A stretch of DNA of 64,000 nucleotides from Marsupella aquatica (taxonomy: Eukaryota; Plantae; Marchantiophyta), in contig OZ316893.1 in the NCBI GenBank assembly GCA_973895155.1, positions 2,562,430 through 2,626,429 of the forward strand, read 5' to 3'. Both the position numbers and the translations under genes were made by a program. Shown here in pieces: positions 14,007 through 27,259 of this stretch. Each line of letters begins with the position of its first letter. Position 1 is the first letter of the stretch. Under the pieces are notes generated by a model. That model did not search any database and was not told the origin of the DNA. It was given only the letters and a program-made list of their open reading frames with translations.

Positions 14007-17000
14007 ATGGGGTGTACATGGTCAGGGCTGCACGCGTTGTACGACGTAGTGAGCATCGGTGGAGAAGTATGGGTCAATGAGCGCAGATTCAAAGTGGTGA
14101 GACAGTTGGGAGAGGGAGGGTTCGCGTTCGTGTTCCTGGTGAGAGAGCTCAGCGGGGAGCATGCACATCGAGGTCCTAAGATTCCAATTCATGTCGCTGG
14201 TATGTGCTGTCCTTATTACTTGAAAGTACTCTAGTCCCAATTTTGTAGACGCGCGATGTTCTTCCAATCTCTCGGCTTGCAATTTTCGTGATCTCTAGCG
14301 GACAGATCACTTCTCTGGGGCTGTTTGGGGTTTTCTCTGTAACTTCCCTTCTATTTGGCTAACTCAATCAGAGGAAAGAAGAGAATGAACGATCGAAGGA
14401 ACAAACGAATGAATTAGATCGGACCAAGAGTGTGCAAAGAGTGTGTTGCATAGCTAATCACAACAGGAAGGATCTGATCGGAAGGAAAACAAATCGGACT
14501 CCCTCATCTCCACCGTCTTTATTTGGGGCATGTGGATGCACGTCGTTTCTTTTCGAGATCAACACAAGGTTGCGGATTTTTTTGGACTTCGGAGTGTGTA
14601 AGAAGCGACGAATCCAATTTTTAGATAGACGACGGTACAGGATTATTGGGTTTTTTATGAGGTTGGGCGAGAGGTTCTGTTCTGAGAGAATTCCTCACAT
14701 TTAACATTGTGGAACTCTTTGCCTTCGACTACGGTCTTATATTCTTGCATTATAATAGCTCTTCGGAATGGGTCGAACTACGGATACAGCCTTTTCGTAT
14801 AAGTGCATCGAAGCAAGACAAGGGCCGTGTAAGTGCTCGAAGCAAGACAAGGGCACATTGTGTGAGGTGTAAGATGTAATGGACAGACTAGGTTATTGAA
14901 CCAACAACCTTCCAGAACATTCAATTTAAGCCATTGAACGGAGATTACTTACAGGCACGATAGACTTTGACAGGTTCTAATTGAGACGTAAAGGTCACGA
15001 GGGGCTTGTGTCCGTCCCCTTAGTGTGCTCTTCTGAGGTTCTTTTCAACTTGGTGGGTGCAGCGGATGGCTTGTATGCCCTGAAGAAGGTTCTCGTGCAG
15101 ACAGATGAGCAATTGGAGCTGGTGAAACAGGAAATATCCATTTCATCCTCCTTTAATCACCCGAATTTGATCCCTCTTTTAGAGCACTCGATCATCGCTG
15201 TGAAGGTAATCTTCGTGTTTCCATTATGGAATATGTGCCAGTATCTTTGTACTTCATCTACGGCATAACTTCCTCAGTCATAGAAGGCGTCAATGATCGT
15301 TGATATTTGTTCCTCTCTTTGAACACTACTATTTGCCTTACACGGGTGATCATGCCATATTTGTGAGTGTTCCTAGGGTACTGGCTATACTGCTTACCAA
15401 GCAGCCTTATGAAAGTTTGTCTCTCTCTGATCCCCTTTGAATCTTGTGCACGGTGGGTGTATGTGGGTGAAGGGTTCTCAGGAGGGCTTATGGAATCAAG
15501 AAGCTTACTTGTTATTCCCAGTCCACTTGGATGGAACACTGCTGGATAATCTCAACAGCATGCAAGCCGAGAAGCAATATTTTCCCACCATCACAGTTCT
15601 TCATATCTTTAGACAGGTATTTTTCACAACCAGCTCCTTCTATGTCCTTGAAGATTTCTAAGTAGGAACTTCTTCAGGCTACGTGTACATCGGAGCTTTC
15701 ACGCACGAAAGGAACAGTTTGTATTATCTCACAATATTTTAGTGAGCTGTGGGATCTCTTCAGTAGCTTTTTGTAACATAAAGCGACATATGACACGGCT
15801 CAGTATGCCCTTCTGATGTCCATGAAATGGCCAGATCGCTGCAGGGCTGAAGCACATGCACTCAGCTGACACTCCCTATGCTCACAATGATGTGAAACCT
15901 GGAAATGTGCTATTGACAAAGAGGAAAGATCGTCCTCCTGAAGCTGTAATCATGGATTTCGGCAGCGCTACCCCTTCCCGCCGCCCAATAAAGTCGCGCT
16001 CCGAAGCCCTTGCTTTGCAGGTGAGAAACCAGTTGAGATTGTTTTTTAACTTTAGAACGCACCAAACTTTAACGGAAAAACAGACAGCGAGGTTCTTGGG
16101 TCCGCACAAAGGGCAAGGAACAGAAAGTAGAAGGTGCTTAAGTAAGCCCGAAGACTAACAACACCTGAGGCTCGAGAGACTGCGAATTCAGATTAGGAAT
16201 TCAAGTTCTACCTCTTGATTTATGGTTCCTATAAATATTCGCTGAGCATCTTGGTCCTCAAAGGCAAAGAAGTCTTGCACAGAGACTGGGATGGTACTAA
16301 GATTGGGGAGAAGGTGCCCCTTGTACACTTTGATGAGTGTGTACGTGTACAGGGAATAGTTCCCATCATCTGTATCAAATCTATGGAGCGAGAAAGCGAG
16401 ACATCAACTGAAGAACATTCGGTCTTATAATGTCACCTTGTTTTGTCAAGTGAAGGACTCATACAAGATCAGTAGCACTCTCGTGTGTTATTGCACCTTT
16501 TAAGAGTGGAAATGTGCATTGTCATTCTCTTCCTGACTTTACCTGTGTTTTACACAGGAATGGGCTGCACAACACTGCTCAGCCCCGTATCGGGCTCCAG
16601 AGCTTTGGGATTGCCCAAGCCAGATAGTCATTGATGAGCGGACTGACGTTTGGTCTCTTGGATGCACTCTGTTCGCAACCATGTATGAATTTTCGAATTC
16701 CACTGTCCCGCAATGTTAATATGTATCAACTTGGATTGATTTGCAATTATACTTCTTTAAAAATATTCTGGGTGGCAATCTTGCTGAAGTCGTCCATTAT
16801 TGACTCGCAACTACTTATCTCTGACTGTAGATGTAAACTCCAAAAATTTATACTAAAGCGAAATTGTTGTGTGAACCACTCTGTAATGTTCCAGGTATAG
16901 GGTGTCCCCATTTGAGTACTCACTGGGAGACTCAGGAGGGAGCTTGCAGTTGGCAGCTATGAGTGGCCAAATCAAGTGGCCGGTGGGGCCAAATCCCCCA

Positions 17001-17150
17001 TATCCAGACTCCTTGAAGCAGTTCGTAACATGGATGTTGCAACCACAACCGACCTTGAGGCCCACGATTGACGATGTCTGTCTTCACATAGACAAACTGT
17101 TAGCCAAGTTTCCTGGAAATGAGGGCCTCTGGTCCCTGCAAAATCCTTGA
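14007..17150 (+). CDS. Ser/Thr protein kinase of the STK16 (MPSK1)/NAK family; about 6 exons
   Basis: MGC N-terminus (myristoylation/palmitoylation type), LGEGGFAFV Gly-loop, YALKKV, HPNL, HNDVKPGN catalytic loop, DFGSA, CSAPYRAPEL, DERTDVWSLGC, SPFE. Approximate exons 14007-14199, 15063-15205, 15473-15616, 15835-16020, 16558-16682, 16896-17150. Confidence 0.93.
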
Positions 17151-18260
17151 GTACTGTGCATTCTTTTCCTTTCTACTGAGTGTTACTGCTGGAGAAGCGA
17201 TGATCAGTATGGATGGCTTTCCATTTGGATGATGTTGTCCATGTCATTGATATTCCAGCCAGCCGGCAACCCAATTATTCTTTTGGCAGTGCCTTCACTT
17301 TGGTGACAGCCTCGCCCAAACGGTCATCCAGGAGTGGAAGATTTAGGTTTCAAATTGACCCCACCTTCAATCGGGTGACCTCCGCTACTTTTAGTTATCA
17401 CCAAAGTACTTATCAGAAAAATTACAAAGCATGTTGCAGAGATTGTGTTCATTGTACTGCATCTGCTCTAGGCTCACAGAATTACCCAAAAGCCCAGCTG
17501 CTCTAGGCGCACACATGTATTGAAAAGCGCTTGATAGACTCGATAAAACAAGGTTTGGGTGGGCAAACAGAGGAGAGACTTGTCTCTTCGATGTTGAGGA
17601 CACATGTCTGATCACCAAGGATCCTGTTCCGTTTGGTGTACTGGAGAGAGCACCGTATCAAGTTTGTATTGTATTGATTGTCTCGATATTGAACAGCCTA
17701 GGCTTGCCTGGTTGCTTTTCACATGAGAAATCGTTATCTGCCTTCTGCTGTCTTCGACTATTTGGACAGCATTCTCTGCTGGTGATGCTAATTCCTCAAT
17801 GTTGAGCAAGTTGTAAGCAGCCGTTGAGGTCCTATTAAACATGCCATTCAGAGTGTGTTATTACTCGTGGCTTCTGGAAAAGTATGCCTGTTTAGGTTGT
17901 TCATGCCTCTACACATTTGTGCACCTAAAAACACTGCTGTTCTCTGTTATTGAAAGCCTGGCCAGATATCAGTACAAAATGGACAATACATATACTAAGG
18001 GTGGAAAAGAAAAATGTGCTGTCCCTTCTAAGGTTGGTGCAACAGCTGGTCCCCCGCATCACTCGAGAAAATGGGGATTGGATTTTAGGTTACTTCTAAA
18101 TCTCTTATTTTTTACTCAGCAACAAACCCATTAAGAAGTCAAGTCCAGTGTCCATCGCAATTAATGCTAGTCACACACTAATTGTATAGACCTTGGAATA
18201 TTTAACTTCCAGAGAGGTGCCAATAACCAATCTAATGCTACTCTGACTCTGAAAGTGATT

Positions 18261-18498
18261 GGATTTGATATGCTCCCGTGTGGTATCTTGTTACCTGAAA
18301 TTGGTAATTTTTCATAACTTTCATTGGGAATGCCTGTGAGTAGTGTGACTAAACATACCTACTTAATTGATTCAAACGTGCTCCTCTGGGATTTGATATG
18401 CTCCCGTGTGTGGTATCTTGTTGCCTGAAATTGGTAATTTTTCATAACTTTCATTCGGAATGCCTGTGAATAGTGTGACTAAACATACATACTTAATT
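18261..18498. repeat. Tandem duplication of a ~105-bp unit (period ~128 bp); a further ~40-bp duplication follows at 18542-18620
   Basis: GATTTGATATGCTCCCGTGTG...AAACATAC.TACTTAATT occurs at ~18262 and ~18390. Confidence 0.8.
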
Positions 18499-19885
18499 AG
18501 AGTGATTCCAGATTAAAAATCAGGTTCACATATATTAGTGTGTCACTCTAATATTGGTGTTACACTAGTTGTTCACTTGTGAGTCACTCTAATATTGGTG
18601 TCACACTAATTGTTCACTTGCACTAATTGTGATGGATAATGTTTTCCTCTACAGATCCAATAACCAAAAAAGCCCTTTACTGCAAACCTGATATCAAAAT
18701 AGCCATTTTCTGAAAACCTGATAGCATTCTAGAGAGTGGGTTGGACCTTACTTTTTCCATTTTATTTACTGGGTTTGGTCAATACCCCTTCAAAGTAAGG
18801 AAACCCCATTAGGCTACAGTCTCCCCCCAAAACACAATGCCATGGCCTTGTATTCAATAGTGGGCCATGGGGAGCACTATTCAAATTGTATCCCTGGGCA
18901 TTGTATTCGAGTTTTGACTATGGGTTTTTATTTTTTGTATTTGCAGGGCATTGTGTTTGAAAATGAAAGTTATGTTTGAATATTGACGGTCTGTTTGAAT
19001 ATTGGCATTGACATATGATTCTTAAATTTTGTACTATTTGTGCTCAATGTAGAAAAATTTAGAGTCAAATCTCAAACAGAGTGTCCAATTGGAACACAAC
19101 GTCAATATTCAAACACAACACCTAGGCCCCTCTGTTAAAATGAAGTTGTGTTTGAAGAAAAAATACTTTTTCTTATGGAGACCTAAGAAAACCCATTTTT
19201 GAACACAACAAACGCCTGGGCGCTGTGCTAAGGGGAAGAAGGTAGTGTTGAAAATAGGGTACCCCTGGATCTTGGGGTGAGGGTGGGTGGGGTTGTTTTG
19301 GAGGGTCCCATGGGCTCTCCCTCTCCCTCTCCCAATGAAGACGAAGATGAGTTGATTCTCATTTCTGAGACGACATTGGTGGAGCTGCCAACTGAGAGAC
19401 AATGCCAAAGGATTGGAATCCACAATATTACAGTCCTGTGACTCGAAAACCAACTCGTATCATCATTCCTCTTCTTTGACGGATGCCAACAATGGAGTTC
19501 TCGACGAGCCGCCCGGTGACAATCCGTGCTCCGAATCCGCCCACACTCCTCTCCTGTTTTGTGTAGCCGTTCTGCGCCACAGTCGCGAGTTTTGAAGGTT
19601 GTAGGTTTTTTTTCAAAGATGTGTAGCGATGGCGGACGGCATTTCGAAACTGGACGAATTGCCGCTGATCCTGTTGGAGATGGAGCTGAACTTGGACCGG
19701 GAGCGGGAGGTGGAGGAGCAATTGCAGCTCGAATGATGAGTTGAGCTGAGCTGAGTGAGCTGAGATTGCACTCGCTGTTGGAGTTGTGTGGTGGACATGT
19801 GCGCTCTGTGCGGACAATTGTGAAGCGGCAGGGCGGGCTGAAAGGAAGTGGAAAGGTGTAGGGGGGCTTCTTCTGCAAGTCAGGG

Positions 19886-22800
19886 ATGAGGATGGATGCA
19901 GTAATGGAAGGTGCTCGCTTAGGATTTGGTGTGGCACCGAATCGTGGTATGGTTCCTGCACAATTTTCTCGGGCCTCTGCTGCTGGGAGCGCTATCTCGT
20001 CGTCTGTGTACTCTCCTTCCGCTGAGGATGCTTATAGGTTAGATATCCGGTCTTCGCTTTCTGCAAACGGAAGTAGAGTAGGTAATCTTTGTGAAGGTTC
20101 GAGCTCCTTCCGGCTCTGTGGTTCGTCCGGAGCACCCTGCCGCAGCTTGTTTAGGGGAACAAGAACTTCAGGACGCAAGGAGCTGGCCGGACTAGCTCTT
20201 CTTCTCTCAGGAAATGTGCCTCGGAGTTACCAGTCCAGCAGAGGGAGCAGCGGAGTGGGAGGTAGGACCTGTAGTGCTTTGGCATCCGCCGCATTTCCTT
20301 CTATCACCAAGACGGAGCGGACTCTGGCCCTGCCACTTGATTACTATCAGGTTCGGAGTGTGCTTTCCTCCCTCCCATTTTTCTCCGCTTCTCGTTTTTC
20401 GTTCAGGGGTCTCATCTGTGTTGTCATCTGTGTACATCGTGATGGTGGAGGCATCGCCATGTCAAGAAGCAAGTTAATGCATTTTAGCTGTTTTTTTCTG
20501 CTTGCTGGTCAAAGATCTGCAATCTGAAGTCAGAATTATTGGAAAACTTTCCCAGAGTTGTTGTAGCCTAGATGTCTGATTTATGTAGGGACTGAGGTCA
20601 GAGGTGGCTTTGACAGCAAATTTTGGATATCTGACTTGTTCTGTAGAGGAGGGGTGATTCCCGTTTGTGTCCCACCTTGTGCTGATAGCTCTAGAGCAAG
20701 AGCAACTTGAGTGCATTACCCATTTCAAAAGACCAGTGTATTTTCCTTACAAAAAATTGAAGTGCACCAATCACAGCAATCGGAAAAATGGGCAAAAACC
20801 GAAGAGGTGCTACCATAAGAGGCTTAACCTTAAAGAAGATGTAAGTTCAAGAGAGAATGCACCTTGTGGTCTTTTGGAATTCGAAATTAATATTCCTACT
20901 CCCACTAAATTACAAGTACACGAATCGAGACAACGTGGTGAGAGGTCCAATACCCCATGGGTGCTGCAACAGGTCGCTTAGATCAGGATTTTTTTTTCTT
21001 TCTTTTCACTCTGTTCAAGTCCCTTATCTTCAAATTCTTTCCTATTCAGCAGATCTTGGCATCAAAGCATGACGGCATTGTGTCGTTTGGGGTGGTTGGT
21101 CGCAGATATTAGGAGCCGAAACTCACTTTTTGGCAGACGCTATTGTACGAGCTTACGAGGCTCGACTCGCCCATCCACCGAAAGAGGACTTCAGCCAGGA
21201 AGCGCTTCTTGCCCGTGTAGAGATTTTGCGTGGAGCTCGGGACACTTTGGCAGATCCTGAGTGGCGTGGAGACTACAATCAGGGCCTTGTCGAGGATGAA
21301 GCCGGGACGTTGGTGGTTGACGTTCCTTGGAGTAAGGTATGCTTCTTCTTGGCTCTTGTGAGCGATTTCCTGCTACCTTACTACTGGAATCTATGATGAG
21401 CTGCGCTTTGAGCGGGAATGGTTGAAAATTTGATTGTCTTACTAGTCAACAATCGGTTTGAAATAAATCTTCTTTTTCCTCACATGCAACAATGCTGTCG
21501 GAGAGAAATTCTCTCTAGCCCTCAATGTTTGACTTCTCTCTGTACCATTCTTGGAGGGGATCTCAGCTGCGCTTGGACCTTACGCCCTCTCTCGTAGACC
21601 TCTATGATGGCGTAATATGAAAGCATCGTTTACAGGTTATTGAGGCTTAAGACCCAAAATAATACATCGTTTTCTCTCTGCAGGTTGCCGGAGCTCTCTG
21701 TCTCCTTCAAGAGGTTGGGGAAATGGAGGTGGTTCTGGAGGCTGGTCAAGGATTACTAGAAGAGCGTCTACCAAAGGCAATGCGAAGAGATGTTGTTCTG
21801 TCCATGGCGTTAGCTTATGTTGAGCTATCCAGAGAAGCTATGGCAGAAGCTGTGCCTGCCGTCGTTCGTAGTTGTGATCTCTTGGAAACTGCACTGAAGC
21901 TTATTCAGGTTCGTCAGTCCTCTCTGTTCTCTTTGTCCCTGTCTAAACTTCAGAAACGTATGTTTTCTCCGTTCCTCCCAGGGGAATTCAAACTCTGTAT
22001 TCATTAATTTTTCGGTGGTTACTGTCTCATGTGCTTCTGGTTGAGCGATATTCTCCGTCCGATTAGTGTTTTCCATCGTTTCTCATTAGTAGTAATGCTC
22101 TGGTCTTCCTGTCGCCCTGCAATCTGGGTTAGGTGGTGAAGATGTATCACCTTGTGTATAGTGACGGATAGTATGAAGACCCTTATTTACTCCACGATGC
22201 TCTTAACTACCCCCAATACATCGATACAAATTCCTGTTCCATCATTGGTATCTCAGGATCACGGGCGCCATCCAACTTTGACTTAATGCTGTACGTGCTT
22301 TGCAGGAAGAAGGCGGTCGAAGTTTGGCTGCAGAACTACAAGAACAGATCGAGGAGACTTTGGAAGAACTAACCCCACGATGTGTGTTGGAGTTGCTTGC
22401 TTCCCCTTTGGGCAAAGAACATGAAACGCAACGAGAAGAGGGTCTTCAAGGCCTTAAAAGCATTCTCTGGGCTGTCGGCGAAGGAGGTGCAGCTGCGCCC
22501 ATAATGGGCTTCACAAGAGAGCAGTTTATAAAAGATGCATTTTCATTCTTGACTGCTTCAGAGCAGGTAGTAAGCTACTCCCCATTGAATTTTGCCGAAT
22601 ACTGATAGTAGGCTCGGAATTTTATAATTCCACTTAAATATTTAAAACTGATGACCGGCGTGTACAATTTTCTTAATGCCAACATTTTATCGGGTCTTTA
22701 ATTGTGCATGCTGATTATAAATGTAATGACCACAGTGCTGGTACTGGAAATATCGCAGGTGGCTTTGTGGAATGCAACACCGGACAACGTTCCAGCCGAG

Positions 22801-24609
22801 AGTTTCGAGGTTTACGCAGTTGCTCTAGCCCATGTGGCAGAAGGATATACAAATAAAAAGCCAATTCTAATAGTCAAGGCTGATGAGCTATTGTGGCAGC
22901 TTCAAACATCGTTGGACTCGGCGAGCGAAGTAGGTGTGCCTTTAGATTATAGCCTTGAGAGAGCCATGTGCTGGCTTCTCATGGGGGAGGTTGACCAGTC
23001 CATGGCTTGTTTGGGACTGGTAGAAGGCTCCGAGGAATTTAGGGATCCAGCTGTGATTGAGTTTGTTTATTCTCACTCGGAGGGGAGTGAAGACGGTGAT
23101 CTACTCCCTGGTCTTTGCAAACTTTTGGAGAATTGGCTCGCGGAGGTGGTGTTCCCCACTTTCCGTAATACTGAAACTCTTCAGGTCAGGCTGGGTGACT
23201 ACTACGATGACCCTGAGGTAATTACCATCCTGGAGCAGTGGGAGACAACGAAAGGTGGATCTTCATCAGCTCTGTCAAGGATCGGTGCTGCGTTGGTTAG
23301 TGTGAAGGCTAGTGCTGTGCAAACATTCCAGAAAGTATTTCCGCTCGGAAATAGAGCAGGCTCTAACCAAATTGCCAGGCAGGACATCGACCATTCCTTA
23401 GATTCCTTGGACGGGGAGCATGAATCTTACGGATTTGACAGCAATTCAGTTGGTGGTGTTTCCACTGCAGGGACGGCAGCCGCTTCTGGGTTTGTCCCAT
23501 CTGCTTCCTTGCTTTCAACAAGACTCGGGTACAGCTGGGGGGATATGGATGTAGCTGGAGCATCAGGTGTCTCAAGTGGGAAGAATAATGGAGCTGTTCT
23601 ACCTGCTAAGAGAGGGGGTCTAACCCCAGTTCAAATAGCCTGCTCTGGTATAGTTTTCGGTGCTTTGGTGATGGCTGGGTTGCGATTTCTGCCTTTGCAA
23701 AGTGGCGCATCGAGGCTCAGCGGGAGAACTTCAGCTGTGGCTACAACTGCTTCCTCATCAGGTCCAATTGCAGGCAAACTACCCCTACTCTGACGATGCG
23801 CACTTAAACCTGAAAAGTACCTGACACTGCAGTACAGTCCCAGTCCTTGCTAATCACTAATTCGTGACCTGCAGCTGACTTAGTTTATTGGTCCTTCAAT
23901 TATTTTTGCCTTCGTTTGTGTCATGAGTGTCAAGGTTTCAGTGTAGGTGTGAAAGGTTGGTCTTGAACTATTGATTCACCAGAAGGCAAGTTGGAAATAG
24001 TGACATTGACTGGTACGTCCAGGGGCGGTGCAAGAGCGACAGGCTGCGGAAATGACCAAGATGGATGCTAGAGTAGCGGAGCTCATGGTCCGTAAGTGGC
24101 AAACTGCTAAAGCCCGGGCCCTTGGTGCCACCCATTCAGTCTCGCATCTGCCCGAGGTAATGTAGAACTACAACCATCCCTTTCATGGTGGTACGTTGTG
24201 CATGCTTCTCTCACTCCCGCTCTCACCAAAAAATTGTTGAAGTTGATATGAAGGAGTTCTCTGTTGGTTCAGGCCTTTCCATTCTTTAAGTAGTCACTAA
24301 TAGGTCTCAGATGGGCAGGTTCTGGAGGGCAAGATGCTAGAGAGCTGGACCGATCGTGTGAATAAAGTGGCCAGAAATGGTTGGTATTGGGAATATAGGC
24401 TTGTTGGGCTGAACATTGATAGTGTTACAGTTAGTGATGATGGAAGAAAGGCAATAGTGGAAGCAACATTGCAAGAGGCGGCTCGACTGTTTGATAGTAA
24501 GAACCCAGAACATAAAGATTCCTATCGGAGCACATACACTACCAGATATGAACTCCAGTACGGAGCAAATGGCTGGAGAATCACGGGAGGTGTGGTACTC
24601 CGGTCATAA
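19886..24609 (+). CDS. ARC6: Plastid division protein ARC6 (Ftn2 homologue); about 7 exons
   Basis: Ser-rich transit-like N-terminus; LPLDYYQ|ILGA J-like domain; RDVVLSMALAYV; LPGLCKLLENWL..VFP.FR; LGDYYDDP; a transmembrane segment; C-terminal WQ.AKARALG, GWYWEY.L..L.IDSV, EATLQEAARL, YTTRYEL, WRI..G (IMS/DUF4101-type domain). Confidence 0.93.
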
Positions 24610-25130
24610 CGAAGAAAGTGGTTACTTCGTCACTTTCCAGCATTGTAAGCTTTGTTCCTTCTAATGCAGTTCTTCCCTATACTGTACTGCACATATTTGA
24701 CAGGGCTACTCTTCCCCATTGCTGGGCTTCCATACATTGTCACCTCCTTAGGTGCCGAACCTTCAATGCATTTTGTACTTCAAGGATTGAGTCGACAATG
24801 GGTACAGGCCAGCATCGACTACTTCCAAGACTTTACCAAGAACGTATAAGAACTGGACAGGGAACATCTTTGACTTCCATCTCAAAACTGATGGAGCTTC
24901 AGCAAAATGCCTGTTCCATTCGAGAACTTCATCCACTGCGTCAAATCACACCTGCCACTATAAAAGCCTCATTCCATGTCTCATTACTCACCATAAAAGG
25001 TGGAAACCTAGCACCTTTTGTGGAGTATTTGTCAAAAAAAGTTTTGTAATCAGCATCTTTTGTGGAGCTCACAGTTAGCATTTTTGTGGAGCTCAAAATC
25101 CATTTCTGAACTTGTACTCTTTAGAATGAG

Positions 25131-25223
25131 AGCTATGGGTTACCCATAGCCCTTTATAAGGGCAGGTGTGATTTAAGCTATGGGTTACCCGTAGCCCTTT
25201 ATAAGGGCAGGTGTGATTTAAGC
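25131..25223. repeat. 45-bp tandem duplication built of two adjacent palindromes
   Basis: GCTATGGGT-T-ACCCATAGC and GCCCTT-TAT-AAGGGC, repeated at 25131 and 25176. Confidence 0.8.
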
Positions 25224-25574
25224 AATCGTCAATCTGAGTATCCCTAATGGCTGAGGATCGTCGTACTGTGTCAAGCAAATTTTCAATCTGAGCGTGCTTT
25301 GCATTAAGTACCCCGACCTTGTCATGAAAGGGCAGTGACCTTGGCCGAACCTTTGCACCGGACATACTACTGGGTGGCAAAATTCGTAAATTTCACCACC
25401 AGATCCAAACTAGAAGCCTAGCCCCGAATCCAAGTTTGGGCATATCGCAAAATTTTTATTTTGCACAATAGCCCTGAACACTCCCCTACTGTTTCACATG
25501 ACTAAATGAAAGAAACCCATATGCTAATCTAGCACTGTGAGGAGAAGGTTACATAGAAATCGAAAGGATTGTAT

Positions 25575-25733
25575 TTAGGACATCTCTTGAACTTGGCGCC
25601 AAGTAGGACTCACTGAAGACAGGGCATCCGCATCTCTCAAAGGCAGCTTTGTGGCAATCTGGTTCACAGCTATGCCATTAGGAATCCCTGGCAAAAGTTC
25701 CGCCAACAAGGCAGCCTTATCTTGAGACGCCAT
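25575..25733 (-). pseudogene. Truncated F-box gene fragment
   Basis: MASQ..LLPGIPNGIAVNQIATKLP...LSSVSPTWR matches the F-box pattern (LPxLP..IA..I..KLP......L..VS..WR), then stops with no substrate-binding domain. Confidence 0.55.
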
Positions 25734-26934
25734 TGCAATTATGTGATTCCTGCGGAGAGACTCATCGCAACACACAACGAAGTATTAATCACGTACAAGT
25801 ATACATTTACAAATCTCCTTACAAAATAAATTCAACTGGAAAGCAAAAAACGGTTAAAAACAACAGGAAAGCAACAAGAACCTTACAAGATGAACGGAGA
25901 AAGCTCGACTTAAAATCCCAAAGAGACGAAGATGGCGGTCCTCAACTGGACTAGAATTGAGTTGTAAGCGAGCACAAAACTAGAACCGAATGATGGAGTG
26001 AGCTTACGAATGTCGTAAGAGCTGTAGGCAAGAGAAGTGAAGTGGCCTGGACAACAGGATAATCTTCTCAATTAGACAGAATCAACAGCAAGGATCTGCG
26101 CGGAGCCTGATGAAGGAGAACTGGTCACAAGCTCCTTACATACTTTGCTGATTTACTGATTCCTTACCAAACTATTTGAGACGACACCAGCATCAGCAAC
26201 CTTCGTCTGGGGACCACTTGGGGAGTGACTGCCTAGTGACCATTTCAAATTCTGAGTTTTGAAGTGTGAAATATTAATAAGCTATTTACCAAAACAATTT
26301 GAGACGACACCAGCATCAGCAACCTTCGTCTGGGGACGCTGTTTTTACCTTCTCAGAAGCAGTCTATACTACATAGACAACAAATTAACGTGAAGCTTTA
26401 ATTATGTGACAACATGACTACTGTCCGGCCTCTGCAAAAACCTTTAACCCGGGATTTAATCTAGAGCTAAGCAAATTAGCTAGGAAGATTGCAGGTTGAT
26501 CTCGATCTACGGTGATGAGCAGGAGCTACGGGTCTGTCTAGCTACGATCAGTCCCACTTCCTTTCATAGGCCAGTCGCGATTAATTTCTCTTCTGCTAGT
26601 CCAGCTGTCTATGATCGATCGATCAGGAGCACTTCCCTTCATTAGTCAGTTACTATGATTGTGCTTTATTAGTGACTTCGAACTTTACCTGCAGATAGAG
26701 CAATACCCATCGATCTGTATGCAGTCAGTCCAACTCATATATTTGTTATCAGAAACTCGTGTTTAGTCATTTGAACTCTGAAATCTGCCAAATAAAGAGC
26801 TGCTAACTCGATCTGCGTCTGCAATCAGGAACCCTTGGTGCATTGGTGGTAGGATCCAAGTAGGAGCTCTGGTCTTGTCTGTCGTCAGTAAACCTGTACT
26901 GTTGTCACTTGATACAATGTTTTTTGTATTTCAG

Positions 26935-27259
26935 GACCTCGTGCTCACCGGCCTGTTCTCTTTTATTTTGTCGCATCCAGCGATTTTTGAAGATTCAATC
27001 GAATGCACGAGTGGGTATCCCGGCTGCTGTTTATTTCGCGGCTGTACTGGAGTATTTAACAGCCGAGGTTTTGGAAGCTGCTGGAAATGCTTGCAGAGCG
27101 CTTAAAAAGAAGCGCATAACCCCTCGGCATTTGCTACTTGCTTTAAAGGGAGATGAGGACTTGGATAATCTGATCAAGGCCACTATTGCCCAAGGGGGAG
27201 TTGCACCCTATATTCAGAAGTCACTCCTCAAAACCCGAAGCGGAAGAAAGACTGTTTGA
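26935..27259 (+). CDS. Divergent histone H2A, H2A.Z-like terminal exon; possibly a pseudogene; upstream exon not identified
   Basis: [24 protein letters not shown]...[32 protein letters not shown] is the H2A.Z-type core. A splice acceptor TTTCAG ends at 26934. Confidence 0.75.

Noticed and set aside
19228-19961. Minus-strand ORFs of 216 and 177 aa
   Set aside because: They lie antisense to the GC-rich ARC6 promoter/5' UTR, are low in complexity and have no recognisable domain.
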